DNA from: Pseudomonadota bacterium | GTDB taxonomy: Bacteria > Myxococcota > JACRCW01 > JAFGSX01 | Assembly: GCA_043821645.1 (NCBI GenBank) | Contig: JBDRCO010000101.1 | Location: 10,204-74,203 of the forward strand | Length of the DNA stretch: 64,000 bases | Direction: 5' to 3' | In this document: in pieces, positions 18,761 through 28,391 of the stretch | How positions within the stretch are numbered: position 1 is the first letter of the stretch | Layout of the letters: each line of letters opens with the position of its first letter | Translations under genes and position numbers: made by a program | Notes under the pieces: generated by a model | What the model saw: only the letters and a program-made list of their open reading frames with translations | Told to the model about the DNA's origin: nothing | Databases searched by the model: none

Positions 18761-20740
18761 TCAGTCGGGAGGCATCCTCGCCGGTGTATCCGGTCGCCGA
18801 TTGCCGTGCGACGAGGATGGGGCAGGAACGAGGGATCCTGAGCTCGGGACTTCGGTGCTGGAGCCCGGTGGAAGATGCGCGTTCGCACAATCCGGCCCCG
18901 CCTCGTACGAACCGAGCACGTGGCAGGGCATGCCACCTCCCGCGCTCGGGTCACAGTAGAAGCGGTAGGACTCATCGGGGGATCGCCCCTCGGCCCACTT
19001 GCCGTAGCTGTAGCCTCCCAGGCTGCCCACGCAGGGCTTCTTGCTCTCCTGGCAGTCCGCCCCACCGCAGCGCAGCTCGACGACCAGCTCGACGTCACCG
19101 TCGTTGTCGTAGTCTGCAGAGGCCAGGTTGATCTGGTCGCAAGGGAGGTGTCTCGCCGTTGGGCTGGCGGCCTGCAAGCTCTCCACCTGTTGGCGGACGT
19201 TCGCGAGCGCCCGCTCCCTCATGGACGAAGCCATTCTCCCGCCTGCAGATGGTTTGAGGGCGCTCCCAGTTGTTGGCGTGGGCAGGGGCACATCACCGGG
19301 TACGAGCAAGCACTGATTCACCTCTGAGAGCGAACGCATTGTGGCCTCGAGCACCCCGTGCTCACCCGCAATGGCGATGGGCACTCGCACCCGTCGAGGT
19401 GGACTGGACCCGTGGGCCATGGCGTTCGCGCACAGCGCAGTGCCCACATTGCCCGCGTCCTTCCAAGCCTGCAGCCCGACGCTATCTCGCAAGCGGAAGC
19501 AGCGTGGTGCGTCGACGAAGATACCTCCCCGCGCCAGCGCGGTGGCCAGGTCACCCTCCAGAAGCGATGGACGCTGTGCTTTGCGTAGCCGCTGCAGCAG
19601 CAACTGCTCGCGGGGTGTCGGCGTGCTCGGGCCCGAACTCGGTCTGTACCAGCTGTGGCGTTGAAACAACTGCTGCAGCTCCCAGCGTGCAAAGTCGTGG
19701 CCGTGTCTGGCGTACACGACTTGTTCGAGGAGCCACAGGCATCCATCCGGCAAGGTCTGCAGGACGCTGTCGTCCACCGGCGTGCCGGCGGCGATCGTCC
19801 CAAAAGCCTGGACCAAGTCTGGCAGCGCGGGTAGCGAGCCACCCAAGCAAGCCCGGTGCAGTGCACGCCAGCCCTGCGAGTCGCGGGACGTGTCGCGCCA
19901 TAACCACTGCGCATGCTTGCCACATGCCAGCGCGCTGCCGTGGTCGCACGTCAGAGCCCACAGAGGCGACAGGACTTCGTCCTGAGCCTCCCCCAGGGTA
20001 TCTGCGATCCCCAGCAAGGCACCGTTACAGAGATCCCGCTGGTCGCCCCAGGTACCATGCTCGTCATAGCCACGGAGCGGCCCCGCCGGACCGCATACCC
20101 GGGACCACACTTCCGTGGCGGCGGTCTGCCTCGCGGACGATGCGGGGAGGGGAGGACCGGCCAGGAGTTCCCGGGCACTTGCCATGCAGAAACGGGAATC
20201 CACGGTGCAGGCACCGCGTGCCACGCTCGTGGCGACGAGTTCTCTGTCCTCATCTTCACTGCGAAGGGCGGACGCGATGACCGAAACCATGAGTGGCGCA
20301 AAGCGCTTGTCGTGGACCGGCTTCTCGGTTGCTTGCATCATGTGCTGGCGCTGCTCGCGGCAAGCCTGCACGTCGCCACTCCGGCACAGTGTGTCATCGC
20401 TGCCCAAGGTCTTCAGGAGCCAGTCGTCCATGCCAGTTTCCAGAGCCTCAGGCCACATCAGCAGGCAGGCCTCACGCACGCCGTAGTCGCACGCCAGCTG
20501 GAAACAGCTCGCGGGGCTCTTCTGCTGTTGCTCACGCGGGAGTCCGAGGTTGCGCTTCCCCAGCGTCATGCAGGCTGCGCTGTCGCCGTCGAAGCAGCTC
20601 TCCCACAGATGCTCGGTGTCGGTGGCGGGCCGGGGCTGACAACTGCACGAGCACGAACACGCCGCCAGGGCGAGGCACAGCGCCCCCCAGTGCAGTGCTT
20701 CACGAGTTCGGCGTCTCAGACGGAGGTCGATGCTGGTCAT
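18761..20740 (-). CDS. Lipoprotein with a YARHG domain and a C-terminal 'DYDNDGD' FG-GAP-like segment.
   Basis: Signal peptide 'MTSIDLRLRRRTREALHWGALCLALAAC' with a lipobox. Motif 'VVYARHGHDF' (YARHG domain). Cys-rich. C-terminal 'ADYDNDGDVELVVEL'. Confidence 0.6.
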   Translation of the reverse strand: MTSIDLRLRRRTREALHWGALCLALAACSCSCSCQPRPATDTEHLWESCFDGDSAACMTLGKRNLGLPREQQQKSPASCFQLACDYGVREACLLMWPEALETGMDDWLLKTLGSDDTLCRSGDVQACREQRQHMMQATEKPVHDKRFAPLMVSVIASALRSEDEDRELVATSVARGACTVDSRFCMASARELLAGPPLPASSARQTAATEVWSRVCGPAGPLRGYDEHGTWGDQRDLCNGALLGIADTLGEAQDEVLSPLWALTCDHGSALACGKHAQWLWRDTSRDSQGWRALHRACLGGSLPALPDLVQAFGTIAAGTPVDDSVLQTLPDGCLWLLEQVVYARHGHDFARWELQQLFQRHSWYRPSSGPSTPTPREQLLLQRLRKAQRPSLLEGDLATALARGGIFVDAPRCFRLRDSVGLQAWKDAGNVGTALCANAMAHGSSPPRRVRVPIAIAGEHGVLEATMRSLSEVNQCLLVPGDVPLPTPTTGSALKPSAGGRMASSMRERALANVRQQVESLQAASPTARHLPCDQINLASADYDNDGDVELVVELRCGGADCQESKKPCVGSLGGYSYGKWAEGRSPDESYRFYCDPSAGGGMPCHVLGSYEAGPDCANAHLPPGSSTEVPSSGSLVPAPSSSHGNRRPDTPARMPPD

Positions 20741-20777
20741 TGCTGGATCCAGGGCAGCACGCACGCACCGGGTGTGG

Positions 20778-21983
20778 TTAGCGCGAGCGTACGTTCGGGC
20801 CCTTGAGCAGATCGCCGAGGGTACCAAAGCCTCCGCTTTCGACATGCTGGCGCGGTGCTCCGGCATCGTCGTCCCGACGACGCGCATCCGGGCCCTTGGC
20901 GGGTGTGTCGCCGCCTGGCAGGCCCAGGGCAATGCGACGCCGCTCCGTATCCACCTCGAGCACGCGCACAGTCAGGCGCTGGCCCTCTTGCACCGCTTCC
21001 CGCGGATTGGCGATGCGACGGCCCTGACCCAGCTCGGAGATGTGCACCAGACCCTCGACGCCCGGGGTCAGCTCGACGAAGGCGCCAAAGGGCGCCAGGC
21101 GCACGACGGTGCCCTCGCGCTCTTGCTCGGGGGCCAGGCTGGCCAGGATGTCGACCCAGGGATCGTCGAGCAAGGCCTTCATGCTGAGGCTGATCTTGCG
21201 GTTTTCCTTGTCGATGGACTTGACGGCCACGCGTACCGGCTGTCCCGTCGCCAGCACGCTCCCCGGGTCCGCCACGCGCTCGTGGCCGATCTCGGACACG
21301 TGGAGCAGACCCTGGGTGCCGCCGATGTCGACGAAGGCGCCGTACTTCTGCACCGAGGCGATGGTGCCATCGAAGACCTGGCCGACCTCCAGGTTCTGCC
21401 ACAGCTCGCGCGACTGCACCTCGGCTTCGCGCTCGAGGAACTTGCGGCGGCTGACCAGGACGTCGCGCTTGCCCTTGAGCTGGGTCACCAGGAAGTTGTA
21501 GCTGTGGCCCAGGTGCACTGCCGGGTCCTCGCAGTAGGCATTGTCGATCTGCGAGATGGGGCAGAAGGCGCGTACCCCCATGACCTGCACCACAAAGCCG
21601 CCCTTGTTGGTTTCCTTGACCACGCCCTCGACCGGGAGCTTGTTGACCCGCGCCTGATCCAGAGCCAGCAGGGCGGCCTCCTGGTTCCCCGGGCGTTCTC
21701 CGCTGGCGCTGACACCGGCACCGCTGGAGCAGGTGTACACGCCGTCGCGCTCGCCGGTGACGTAGATCGTGACGCGGTCGCCCACGGCCACGCGCAGCTC
21801 GCCCTCCTCGAGCAGATCCAACTTGGGGATCATGCCCTCGGCGTGACCACCGAGCTGCAGGAACACGTACTCCTGTCCGACCGAGAGCACGCTTGCCTCG
21901 ATCCTCGAGCCAGGCTCCGGGCCCTTGGTCTCGTCTCCGTAGCTTTCGAGCAGTTCCGCAAAGCTGGGTTCGTCGGTGCTCAT
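20778..21983 (-). CDS. S1 RNA-binding domain protein (ribosomal protein S1-like, four S1 repeats).
   Basis: Repeated S1 folds ('GDRVTIYVT', 'VEGVVKETNKGGFVVQV', 'GQVFDGTIASVQKYGAFVDIGGTQGLLHVSEI', 'GTVVRLAPFGAFVELTPGVEGLVHISEL'). Start MSTDEPSF. Confidence 0.75.
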   Translation of the reverse strand: MSTDEPSFAELLESYGDETKGPEPGSRIEASVLSVGQEYVFLQLGGHAEGMIPKLDLLEEGELRVAVGDRVTIYVTGERDGVYTCSSGAGVSASGERPGNQEAALLALDQARVNKLPVEGVVKETNKGGFVVQVMGVRAFCPISQIDNAYCEDPAVHLGHSYNFLVTQLKGKRDVLVSRRKFLEREAEVQSRELWQNLEVGQVFDGTIASVQKYGAFVDIGGTQGLLHVSEIGHERVADPGSVLATGQPVRVAVKSIDKENRKISLSMKALLDDPWVDILASLAPEQEREGTVVRLAPFGAFVELTPGVEGLVHISELGQGRRIANPREAVQEGQRLTVRVLEVDTERRRIALGLPGGDTPAKGPDARRRDDDAGAPRQHVESGGFGTLGDLLKGPNVRSR

Positions 21984-22117
21984 GCACACTCCTCGTGGCC
22001 TCCGTCTGTCCGGGAACCGTGTCGCGTGTGCCCGGGAGGCGTCGATAGCAGTGCAAGTTTGCACCGGCGCGTCGAGAAAAAAGCGCTACTGTATTGAAAG
22101 TCGAGGAGGTGGCGAGC

Positions 22118-22339
22118 ATGCGATGGTCGGCGCTCAAGATCCTGACCGTGGTTGGCGGTGCAGCCGGTGGCTGGGCTTTCAGTTCGTTCGTGGGGTGTTA
22201 CTCGTCTTGAGGCATCCTCGGCAACCCGTGGCTCGCGGGTGCTCTGGGCGCCGTGCTCGCGCTCAACCTGGTGTGGACTCCTTCCCGCAACGTTCCTGAA
22301 GCCGTGGCTCCTGCGCCCGGGGATCCCCCGGTGGTCTGA
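22118..22339 (+). other. Small hydrophobic ORF with an in-frame TGA. A 30-aa peptide MRWSALKILTVVGGAAGGWAFSSFVGCYSS is followed in the same frame, after TGA at 22208-22210, by a 42-aa hydrophobic segment.
   Basis: Strong SD 'GAGGAGG' 8 nt upstream of the ATG at 22118. Both halves are Gly/Ala-rich and membrane-like. The ORF is below the 60-aa threshold of the supplied track. Confidence 0.3.
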
Positions 22340-22415
22340 CCGGGCACAGGTCCTCGTCGACCCGCGCGCCCGCGACCGCTAGGATGCCTCCTTCCCCACG
22401 CTGCAGGAGGACCTC

Positions 22416-23654
22416 ATGACGAGCCGGTGGTTCAGTGCCTGCGTGCTGGGTCTGGCCATGTTCGTGGCCATGCCCGGCCGCAGCGCCCAGATGGTGGCCC
22501 TGAACATGCGTGCCACCGGTGAAGTCAAGGCTGCCCTGGCCGAGACCCTGACGCCCCTGCTCATCGCCGAGCTGTCGCGGCGCCCCGGTATCAGCGTGGT
22601 CAGCCAGGCCGACGTGCGCGCCCTGATGGAGAACGAGGCGCGCAAGCAAGCCATGGGCTGCGACGACACCACCTGCATGACCGAGATCGCGGGCAGCCTG
22701 GGTGCCGAGCTGCTGCTGTCGTCGAGCCTGGGCAAGGTTGGCCGCAAGTGGATCGTGAGTCTGACCCTGATCCAGGTCGAGCAGGCCAAGGTGTTCAGGC
22801 GCGTCAGCGGCGAGCAGCTCGGTGGCGACGAGGCCGCGGCAGAAGCGGTGATCGCCGCGGTGCAGGATCTTTTTCGTGACGGACTGCCCGAGGAACTCCA
22901 GGGCCCGGCGTCCTTGTCGCGCCTGGGCTTCAAGGCCGCACTGCTGGGTTTTGCCAGGGTGGTTCGCGATCCGAAGCAGGACCCCAAGCCACCGCGCAGG
23001 CGCATCGTCCTCGATCTGGTCAACACCGAGCTCGACTACGACGTGGAGCCCAAGTTCTACCTGCTCGACGTCACCTCCAACCGCGAGATCTCCGACCTCG
23101 ACCGCGTGATCCTCGCCGCCCGCGATCGCACCGAGGCCGACCATCTGCTCGACGCCCGCGACCAGTGGCGCCTGCTTCGTCAAGACTGGGATCGCGTCAA
23201 GGAGATCCGGACCCGCGCCCGCGAGCGTGGCGTGGCACCGTCGGGGCGGCCCCTGCGCTTCGAGGACCCGGAGCCCAGGGAGTGGCCCGAGGCCAAGGAA
23301 GCTCAGACCTACTGGAAGACCGTGGCACCGGCGCAGAAGGTGGTGCTGCGCGCGCTCAAGGCCTACCTCAAGCGAGACCCCAAGGCCTTCGGCGCGCAGT
23401 GGGCCAAGGGCTACGAGGGATCGGCCGGACGTTTCTTCGAGGAGCAGCACGCCACCGATCAGCGCAGCAAGTACACCTACACCATCGCCCCGCAGCAGGT
23501 CGTGACACCCTGGGATCTCAAGAGCCTGATCGAGGCCGCCAAGCCCGACGAGATCACCGTGCTGCTGGTGCAGTTCCGCGACGGAAAACCCTACGACGAC
23601 GATCGCGTGTACATGAAGCTTGAGGAAGGAGTGTGGAAGATACGTTCCTGGTAG
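22416..23654 (+). CDS. Secreted hypothetical protein.
   Basis: Signal peptide MTSRWFSACVLGLAMFVAMPGRSAQ. 'GGAGG' lies upstream of the ATG. High GC3. No recognisable catalytic motifs. Confidence 0.6.
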   Translation: MTSRWFSACVLGLAMFVAMPGRSAQMVALNMRATGEVKAALAETLTPLLIAELSRRPGISVVSQADVRALMENEARKQAMGCDDTTCMTEIAGSLGAELLLSSSLGKVGRKWIVSLTLIQVEQAKVFRRVSGEQLGGDEAAAEAVIAAVQDLFRDGLPEELQGPASLSRLGFKAALLGFARVVRDPKQDPKPPRRRIVLDLVNTELDYDVEPKFYLLDVTSNREISDLDRVILAARDRTEADHLLDARDQWRLLRQDWDRVKEIRTRARERGVAPSGRPLRFEDPEPREWPEAKEAQTYWKTVAPAQKVVLRALKAYLKRDPKAFGAQWAKGYEGSAGRFFEEQHATDQRSKYTYTIAPQQVVTPWDLKSLIEAAKPDEITVLLVQFRDGKPYDDDRVYMKLEEGVWKIRSW

Positions 23655-23680
23655 AGCTACCCCTGGCGGGCTGCGGTAGC

Positions 23681-26503
23681 CTAGTGCAGCACCTCGAAGC
23701 GCGCGTTGTCCGCCATGCCGCTGGTGTTCCGGTAATTCTTGAACGACGGCCACATCCGGCTCGGCGTGAAGTAGTGGATCGCCGGTACATCGCTGCCCAG
23801 GCTCCGGGTGTCGGCAATTTCTCCTGTGGCGACCACGTCCAGCAGACCGCAGCCGCTGTCCAGTTCCGTCAGCTTCACCACCAGGCGCGCAGCGGTGGGA
23901 GCGAGCTTGTGGACCTCGAGTCGTAGCCTGTACCAGGTGTCCCGTCGAATCAGGCCCGTCAGATCTGCGATTCGCGGTCGGCGGTCGACGGTGGCCCCGT
24001 CCCAGTAGCCCTCGATGTTCAGGCCGCCGGTCTCGTCCGGGTCCAGCTGCACCCCGAAGTTGAGAGCTGAATCCACCGAGGTGCCGCGCAGGCTCCAGCC
24101 CACGCGGTCGTCGTCGAAGCCTGCCGCACTGCTGCTTTGAAAATCCATCTCGAACACGACCCCGGTCAGGCCTGTGTCGTTCCAGTCGAAGGGGCTGGCC
24201 GTGCGGTTGAAGATCGAACGGCCCGGTGCCAGGCCCACCGTGTCACCGCAACCCATACCCGGGGTGACAATGGGTCCGTCGTCATCGAACCAATCCACGT
24301 GATCCCCGACGTCCACACCCGCGGCGAAGCCGCTGTCGAAGGTCTCGAAGAATCCTGGGTCCGCGGCCACCGGGCCCTGGCAGCTGAGGTCTATGCGGAG
24401 CGCATCCTGGGCGCAGTTGGTGCGCAACTCCTCGATGCTCAATGCGTGGTCGTACAGCCGGACCACCGCGATGTCGCCGTCGAAGGCGCCGGCGGGTACA
24501 CCCGTCGAGTTCAGCATGCGTCCCACGCCCAGAGGGTTGTGGTTGCTCGTGTTCGGGATCACGGACAGGGGCTCCGCGGTGTCGACTCCGCCGTCGACGA
24601 CTAGGGCCCTGGTGATGCCATTGTAGGTGACGGCCACCTGGTGCCAGTCTCCGATAGTCAAGGCTGCAAGGCCGACGAGCGGTGTGTTGAGACTGGTACT
24701 GGCATCCTCGAGGTCTGTGCCCACCCTGCCATCTTCGGTGATGCCCAGGATGTAGTTGAAGTCGACCAGGCTGTTTTCCTGCTCGTCCCGTCCCTTGGAC
24801 ACGAGAGGTTCGAGAGGGATGCCACCGGTGCCAGTGATGTTGACCGAACCCACAGCGCGCCGGCGCATCAAGACCTCGACGGTGAAGGTGGGGCTGTTCA
24901 AGACCCCTGAGGGGTCTGCGATCGCGGCCTGATCGTCGACGCCATCAAAAGACAGGCGGTAGGGATCCGTGTCCAGACCCGCGCCTGTCCAGCCCGAATT
25001 CACGCCGCAGGCCGGTGAGGAGAAGCCGGTGAGGGCGCTTGACCAGGCGCTGTGCAGGTCGAGCCATTGCAGGGGTGCCGATACCGGGCAGGAGGCTCCG
25101 GCAAAGCTGGCGCCATCGCTTTGTGCGGCGTCCAGGTGGAGCAGGAGGCCGGAGCTGACGATGGTACATCCCTCGTCGATCCCGTCCTGGCAGTTGTTGT
25201 CCACGCCGTCGCAGGTCTCAACCTGGCCGGGTGCGATAGCGATGTCCGCGTCGTCACAATCGTTGGCAGTGGCCGTGGCCAGCCAGGTGGTGCCCGCGCC
25301 ATCAGGGTCCTGGCAGGACGGGGTCACGGCGGTGTTCACGGTGTAGCCATCGCCATCCGAGTCCCGATACCACAGGGGGGCCAGGTCCTCGCCATCGTGG
25401 CCGTCGCAGTCTTGATCCTGCCCGTCGCAGCTGTCTTGAGCTGGATTGCCAGGATAGCAGTCAGCTCCACAGGCACCCGTGTCATCGTCGCAGTCAAAAG
25501 CCGTGACAGCGGAGCCGGCGATCCATCGAGAGCCATTCCCGTCCGGATCATCACAGGCCACGACGGGATCCAGAGCGCCAGGAGCGCCGTCGCCGTCGGC
25601 GTCGACAAACCACAACCGAAGGTCGTCCTCGCCGTCGCGACCGTCGCAGTTCTGGTCGAGCGCATCGCACAGGTCGCGGGTCGAGTTGGAGGGGAAACAG
25701 GAGGCACCACACTGCTGGGGGTCGTCGTCGCAGTCGAAGGCAACTAGTCCGGCGGCGGGCAGCCATTCCCCGCCGGTCCCGTCAGGGTCCTCGCAGCTCA
25801 CGACCAGCTCCGTCGCCCGGGGGAACCCGTCGCCATCCACGTCGCGGAACCAAGCCCGTCCCTCGGCCTCGCCCTCGACGCCATCGCAGTCGTCGTCGAG
25901 GTCATCACACAGGTCCGGGGCGAGGTTGCCGGGAAAGCAGCCGGCACCGCAGGCTGATGGATCATCATCGCAGTCGAGGGTCGTGGCCACGGCGACCCAG
26001 TGGATGTCCGCACCATCGGGATCCGCGCACGCTCGCAGGGTCGCGGTCGACCCCACGAAGCCATCGCCATCCTCATCCAGGTACCAGTCCAGAGTTGTCA
26101 CGCCGGGTCCAGCCATCCCCGTGCAGTGGCCCTGGGCGTCGCAGCTATCGTGCTCGGTGCAGTCCAGGCCGTCGTCACAGGGGCCAGTCACCGGCAGGTG
26201 CTGACAGGTTCCGGAGGCACAGCGGTCGTCGGTGCAGTCGTTCCGGTCATCACAGTGGGCGTCCAGATGGCATGCGGCGGGACTCTCGGCGACGCAATGC
26301 ACCGCTGCGTCGAGGACAAACCCGACTTCACACGCGCAACGCGGCTGCCCGTCGACGTTCTCGCACTGGCCATGGCCGTCGCAGTTCACGCTGCTGCAGG
26401 GGTCGGAACGATCTGGGTCGAAGCCCAGGCGAGTGCATGCAGGAGCTGTCCAGAGCGCGGCGACGAGGAGGATCGTCGGATACCGTGGACGAAGCATGAA
26501 CAA
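23681..26503 (-). CDS. Large secreted Cys-rich protein with EGF-like and MopE-like repeats and a LamG / concanavalin-A-like lectin domain.
   Basis: Signal peptide. EGF-like 'CDGHGQCENVDGQPRCACEVGF'. Five or more repeats 'W(F/Y)RDxDGDG...DPDGxGxxW...A(F/N)DCDDDPxxCGAxC(F/Y)PGN...DxCDxxDxDCDGxDGE'. LamG-like region ('NPLGVGR...FDGDIAVVRLYD'). Confidence 0.7.
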   Translation of the reverse strand: MFMLRPRYPTILLVAALWTAPACTRLGFDPDRSDPCSSVNCDGHGQCENVDGQPRCACEVGFVLDAAVHCVAESPAACHLDAHCDDRNDCTDDRCASGTCQHLPVTGPCDDGLDCTEHDSCDAQGHCTGMAGPGVTTLDWYLDEDGDGFVGSTATLRACADPDGADIHWVAVATTLDCDDDPSACGAGCFPGNLAPDLCDDLDDDCDGVEGEAEGRAWFRDVDGDGFPRATELVVSCEDPDGTGGEWLPAAGLVAFDCDDDPQQCGASCFPSNSTRDLCDALDQNCDGRDGEDDLRLWFVDADGDGAPGALDPVVACDDPDGNGSRWIAGSAVTAFDCDDDTGACGADCYPGNPAQDSCDGQDQDCDGHDGEDLAPLWYRDSDGDGYTVNTAVTPSCQDPDGAGTTWLATATANDCDDADIAIAPGQVETCDGVDNNCQDGIDEGCTIVSSGLLLHLDAAQSDGASFAGASCPVSAPLQWLDLHSAWSSALTGFSSPACGVNSGWTGAGLDTDPYRLSFDGVDDQAAIADPSGVLNSPTFTVEVLMRRRAVGSVNITGTGGIPLEPLVSKGRDEQENSLVDFNYILGITEDGRVGTDLEDASTSLNTPLVGLAALTIGDWHQVAVTYNGITRALVVDGGVDTAEPLSVIPNTSNHNPLGVGRMLNSTGVPAGAFDGDIAVVRLYDHALSIEELRTNCAQDALRIDLSCQGPVAADPGFFETFDSGFAAGVDVGDHVDWFDDDGPIVTPGMGCGDTVGLAPGRSIFNRTASPFDWNDTGLTGVVFEMDFQSSSAAGFDDDRVGWSLRGTSVDSALNFGVQLDPDETGGLNIEGYWDGATVDRRPRIADLTGLIRRDTWYRLRLEVHKLAPTAARLVVKLTELDSGCGLLDVVATGEIADTRSLGSDVPAIHYFTPSRMWPSFKNYRNTSGMADNARFEVLH

Positions 26504-26859
26504 CCCCTTGGAACAACACCCTGGACCGGTGACAGACTCGCGAGTCCAAGCATCCTGCGGCTGCGTCGGACCCTGCGCGTTCTTCTCGTGACTCCATGTT
26601 TACCACAGGGTCCAGTAGGTCGGTGCGCAAGCGGCAGCTTTTTACCGTGACCGCGTGCCCTGCGTCGGCCTGGCTCGCCAGAGGATCGGAGAACTCGAGC
26701 AGATCCTGCTCAGCGAGATCGAGAGCGGTGAGCAGCGACGTGACAAGGGCCGGGATACCACGGGGCTGCTACAGGAGTTCGGACCCGCACCCATCTCCGC
26801 GGAGGCTTCCGCGGTGGCCGGGCTGGGCTGAAGGTGCGTGAATCGGCACCGGGCACAGC

Positions 26860-27813
26860 TCACATCTCGTCGATGCTCTTTCCGCCCAGCCACATCAGGG
26901 CCACTCCCCCACCAGCGCTGGCCGCGGCGGTCACGGCTGCGGCGCCGCCGAGCAGCCCCCAGGTGGTCCACAGCGCGGAACTCTGGGTCTGGTAGGACTG
27001 GGGATTGCTCTGCTCCAGGGGGGCAAGCTGGGACACCAGGTAAGCCCCGTTGGCGATGGAACCCACGGCCGCCAGGGCGCTGACCGCGCCCACGGCCACC
27101 AGGCCACCCCCGATGCTGTAGAAGGTCAGGGCCTCGCGCAGGGAGCTGTGCGTGTCGACCTCGGCGATGCTGCGCCGCGGGGTCTCGGGCTCCACAGTCT
27201 CTCGAGCGGGGGCCGGCAAGGGCGCCAGTTCGGGCAAGGGCTCCTCGACGGGCTCGCTGGCCAGGGCAACACGGGTCCCCTCGTCCCTGGGCTTTGCAGG
27301 AGCCTCGTCCTCATCGGCGTCACCGTCGGGCAGGGCTGTGCCACTGCTGCGGGATGCGCCATCGCGACTCCGCCGTGGCGGGCTGTCGCTGACCGGTGGA
27401 TCCTTTGCGGGCTGCACGGGGCTGCGGGGGCTGGCGGCCGTGGCGCTCTCGTCGGGCTGCACCGGGCGGCGTGCGCCCTCGCGCGCGGGCTCCTCGCTCC
27501 GGCTCGGGGGGGGAGTGGGTTTGGGCTTCGGGGCCGCCTCGGCCGGCGCCTCTTTGGTCCGGCTCGCCGCGGCAGGTGCGTCCTTGGGCATGCAGGCCTT
27601 GACGCCCTTGGTGGCCAGCTCGGCGGCCGGGCCGCTGTCGTTGCGCAGCCGGTCCACGACGTCGTTGCAGGCCTTGCGCCGCTGCTCCTCGGGCAGCTTG
27701 CACACGCCCACGGCCAGCTCGTCGGCGGCGATCATGTCCCCCTGCTTGACCATCGAGATGAGCTGCTTGTGCTCGGGGCTCAGGCTCAGCAACAGGAACA
27801 GCAATGCGTGCAT
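26860..27813 (-). CDS. Hypothetical protein with a Pro/Ala-rich low-complexity linker and a C-terminal transmembrane region.
   Basis: N-terminal about 60-aa domain with CxxC-like Cys residues. The middle is Pro/Glu/Ala-rich ('PKPKPTPPPSRSEEPARE'). The C-terminus is hydrophobic and Gly/Ala-rich. Confidence 0.5.
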   Translation of the reverse strand: MHALLFLLLSLSPEHKQLISMVKQGDMIAADELAVGVCKLPEEQRRKACNDVVDRLRNDSGPAAELATKGVKACMPKDAPAAASRTKEAPAEAAPKPKPTPPPSRSEEPAREGARRPVQPDESATAASPRSPVQPAKDPPVSDSPPRRSRDGASRSSGTALPDGDADEDEAPAKPRDEGTRVALASEPVEEPLPELAPLPAPARETVEPETPRRSIAEVDTHSSLREALTFYSIGGGLVAVGAVSALAAVGSIANGAYLVSQLAPLEQSNPQSYQTQSSALWTTWGLLGGAAAVTAAASAGGGVALMWLGGKSIDEM

Positions 27814-27894
27814 GGTGACCTCGTACGTCGACGGAAACAGCGTTCGATGCTCGCTCTGTATGCGCGCGCCAGGGGCCTCGCAACAAAAAAACGG

Positions 27895-28308
27895 TCAGGC
27901 TCCTGGGCCGTGGGTGGTGAGCTGCGTGGCGAAGTGGTGGTCTGCGGGTGCGAGACGCAGTGCCCCCAGCTTCTCCGGCTCCAACCAGCGGACGGCCTGG
28001 TGCTCGAGTGCCGTGGGCTCACCCGCGGTCGTGCAGGCGTAGAAGCGGATCAGGTAGGGCGATCCCGGATCCCGGGTCTCGTACAGCACGTCTCCTATCG
28101 TCACCTCGCGCAGGTCCAGCTCCTCCCGCAGCTCTCGACGCAGCGCACTCCCTTCGTCCTCGTCCATGCGCACCTTACCTCCGGGAAACTCCCACAGCCC
28201 TGCGTGGCGGCTCCCGGCGGGGCGCTGACACATCAAGACCTGGCCACCGCGACGTATCACGGCGGCCACCACCACGATGACGGGAGTGGAGGACTCTGGG
28301 ACTGCCAT
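27895..28308 (-). CDS. Nudix hydrolase (MutT-like).
   Basis: Nudix box 'GLWEFPGGKVRMDEDEGSALRRELREELDL' (Gx5Ex7REUxEExGU). The longer ORF reaching 28725 is a non-coding-looking extension. Confidence 0.8.
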   Translation of the reverse strand: MAVPESSTPVIVVVAAVIRRGGQVLMCQRPAGSRHAGLWEFPGGKVRMDEDEGSALRRELREELDLREVTIGDVLYETRDPGSPYLIRFYACTTAGEPTALEHQAVRWLEPEKLGALRLAPADHHFATQLTTHGPGA

Positions 28309-28391
28309 GGCCCCGGACTGTAGCATCCGCCTGCTGGCCAGTATTGCCCAGGGTGCGTTCCTCGGCGTACAACCGCGTCCAGGGGTGATGC

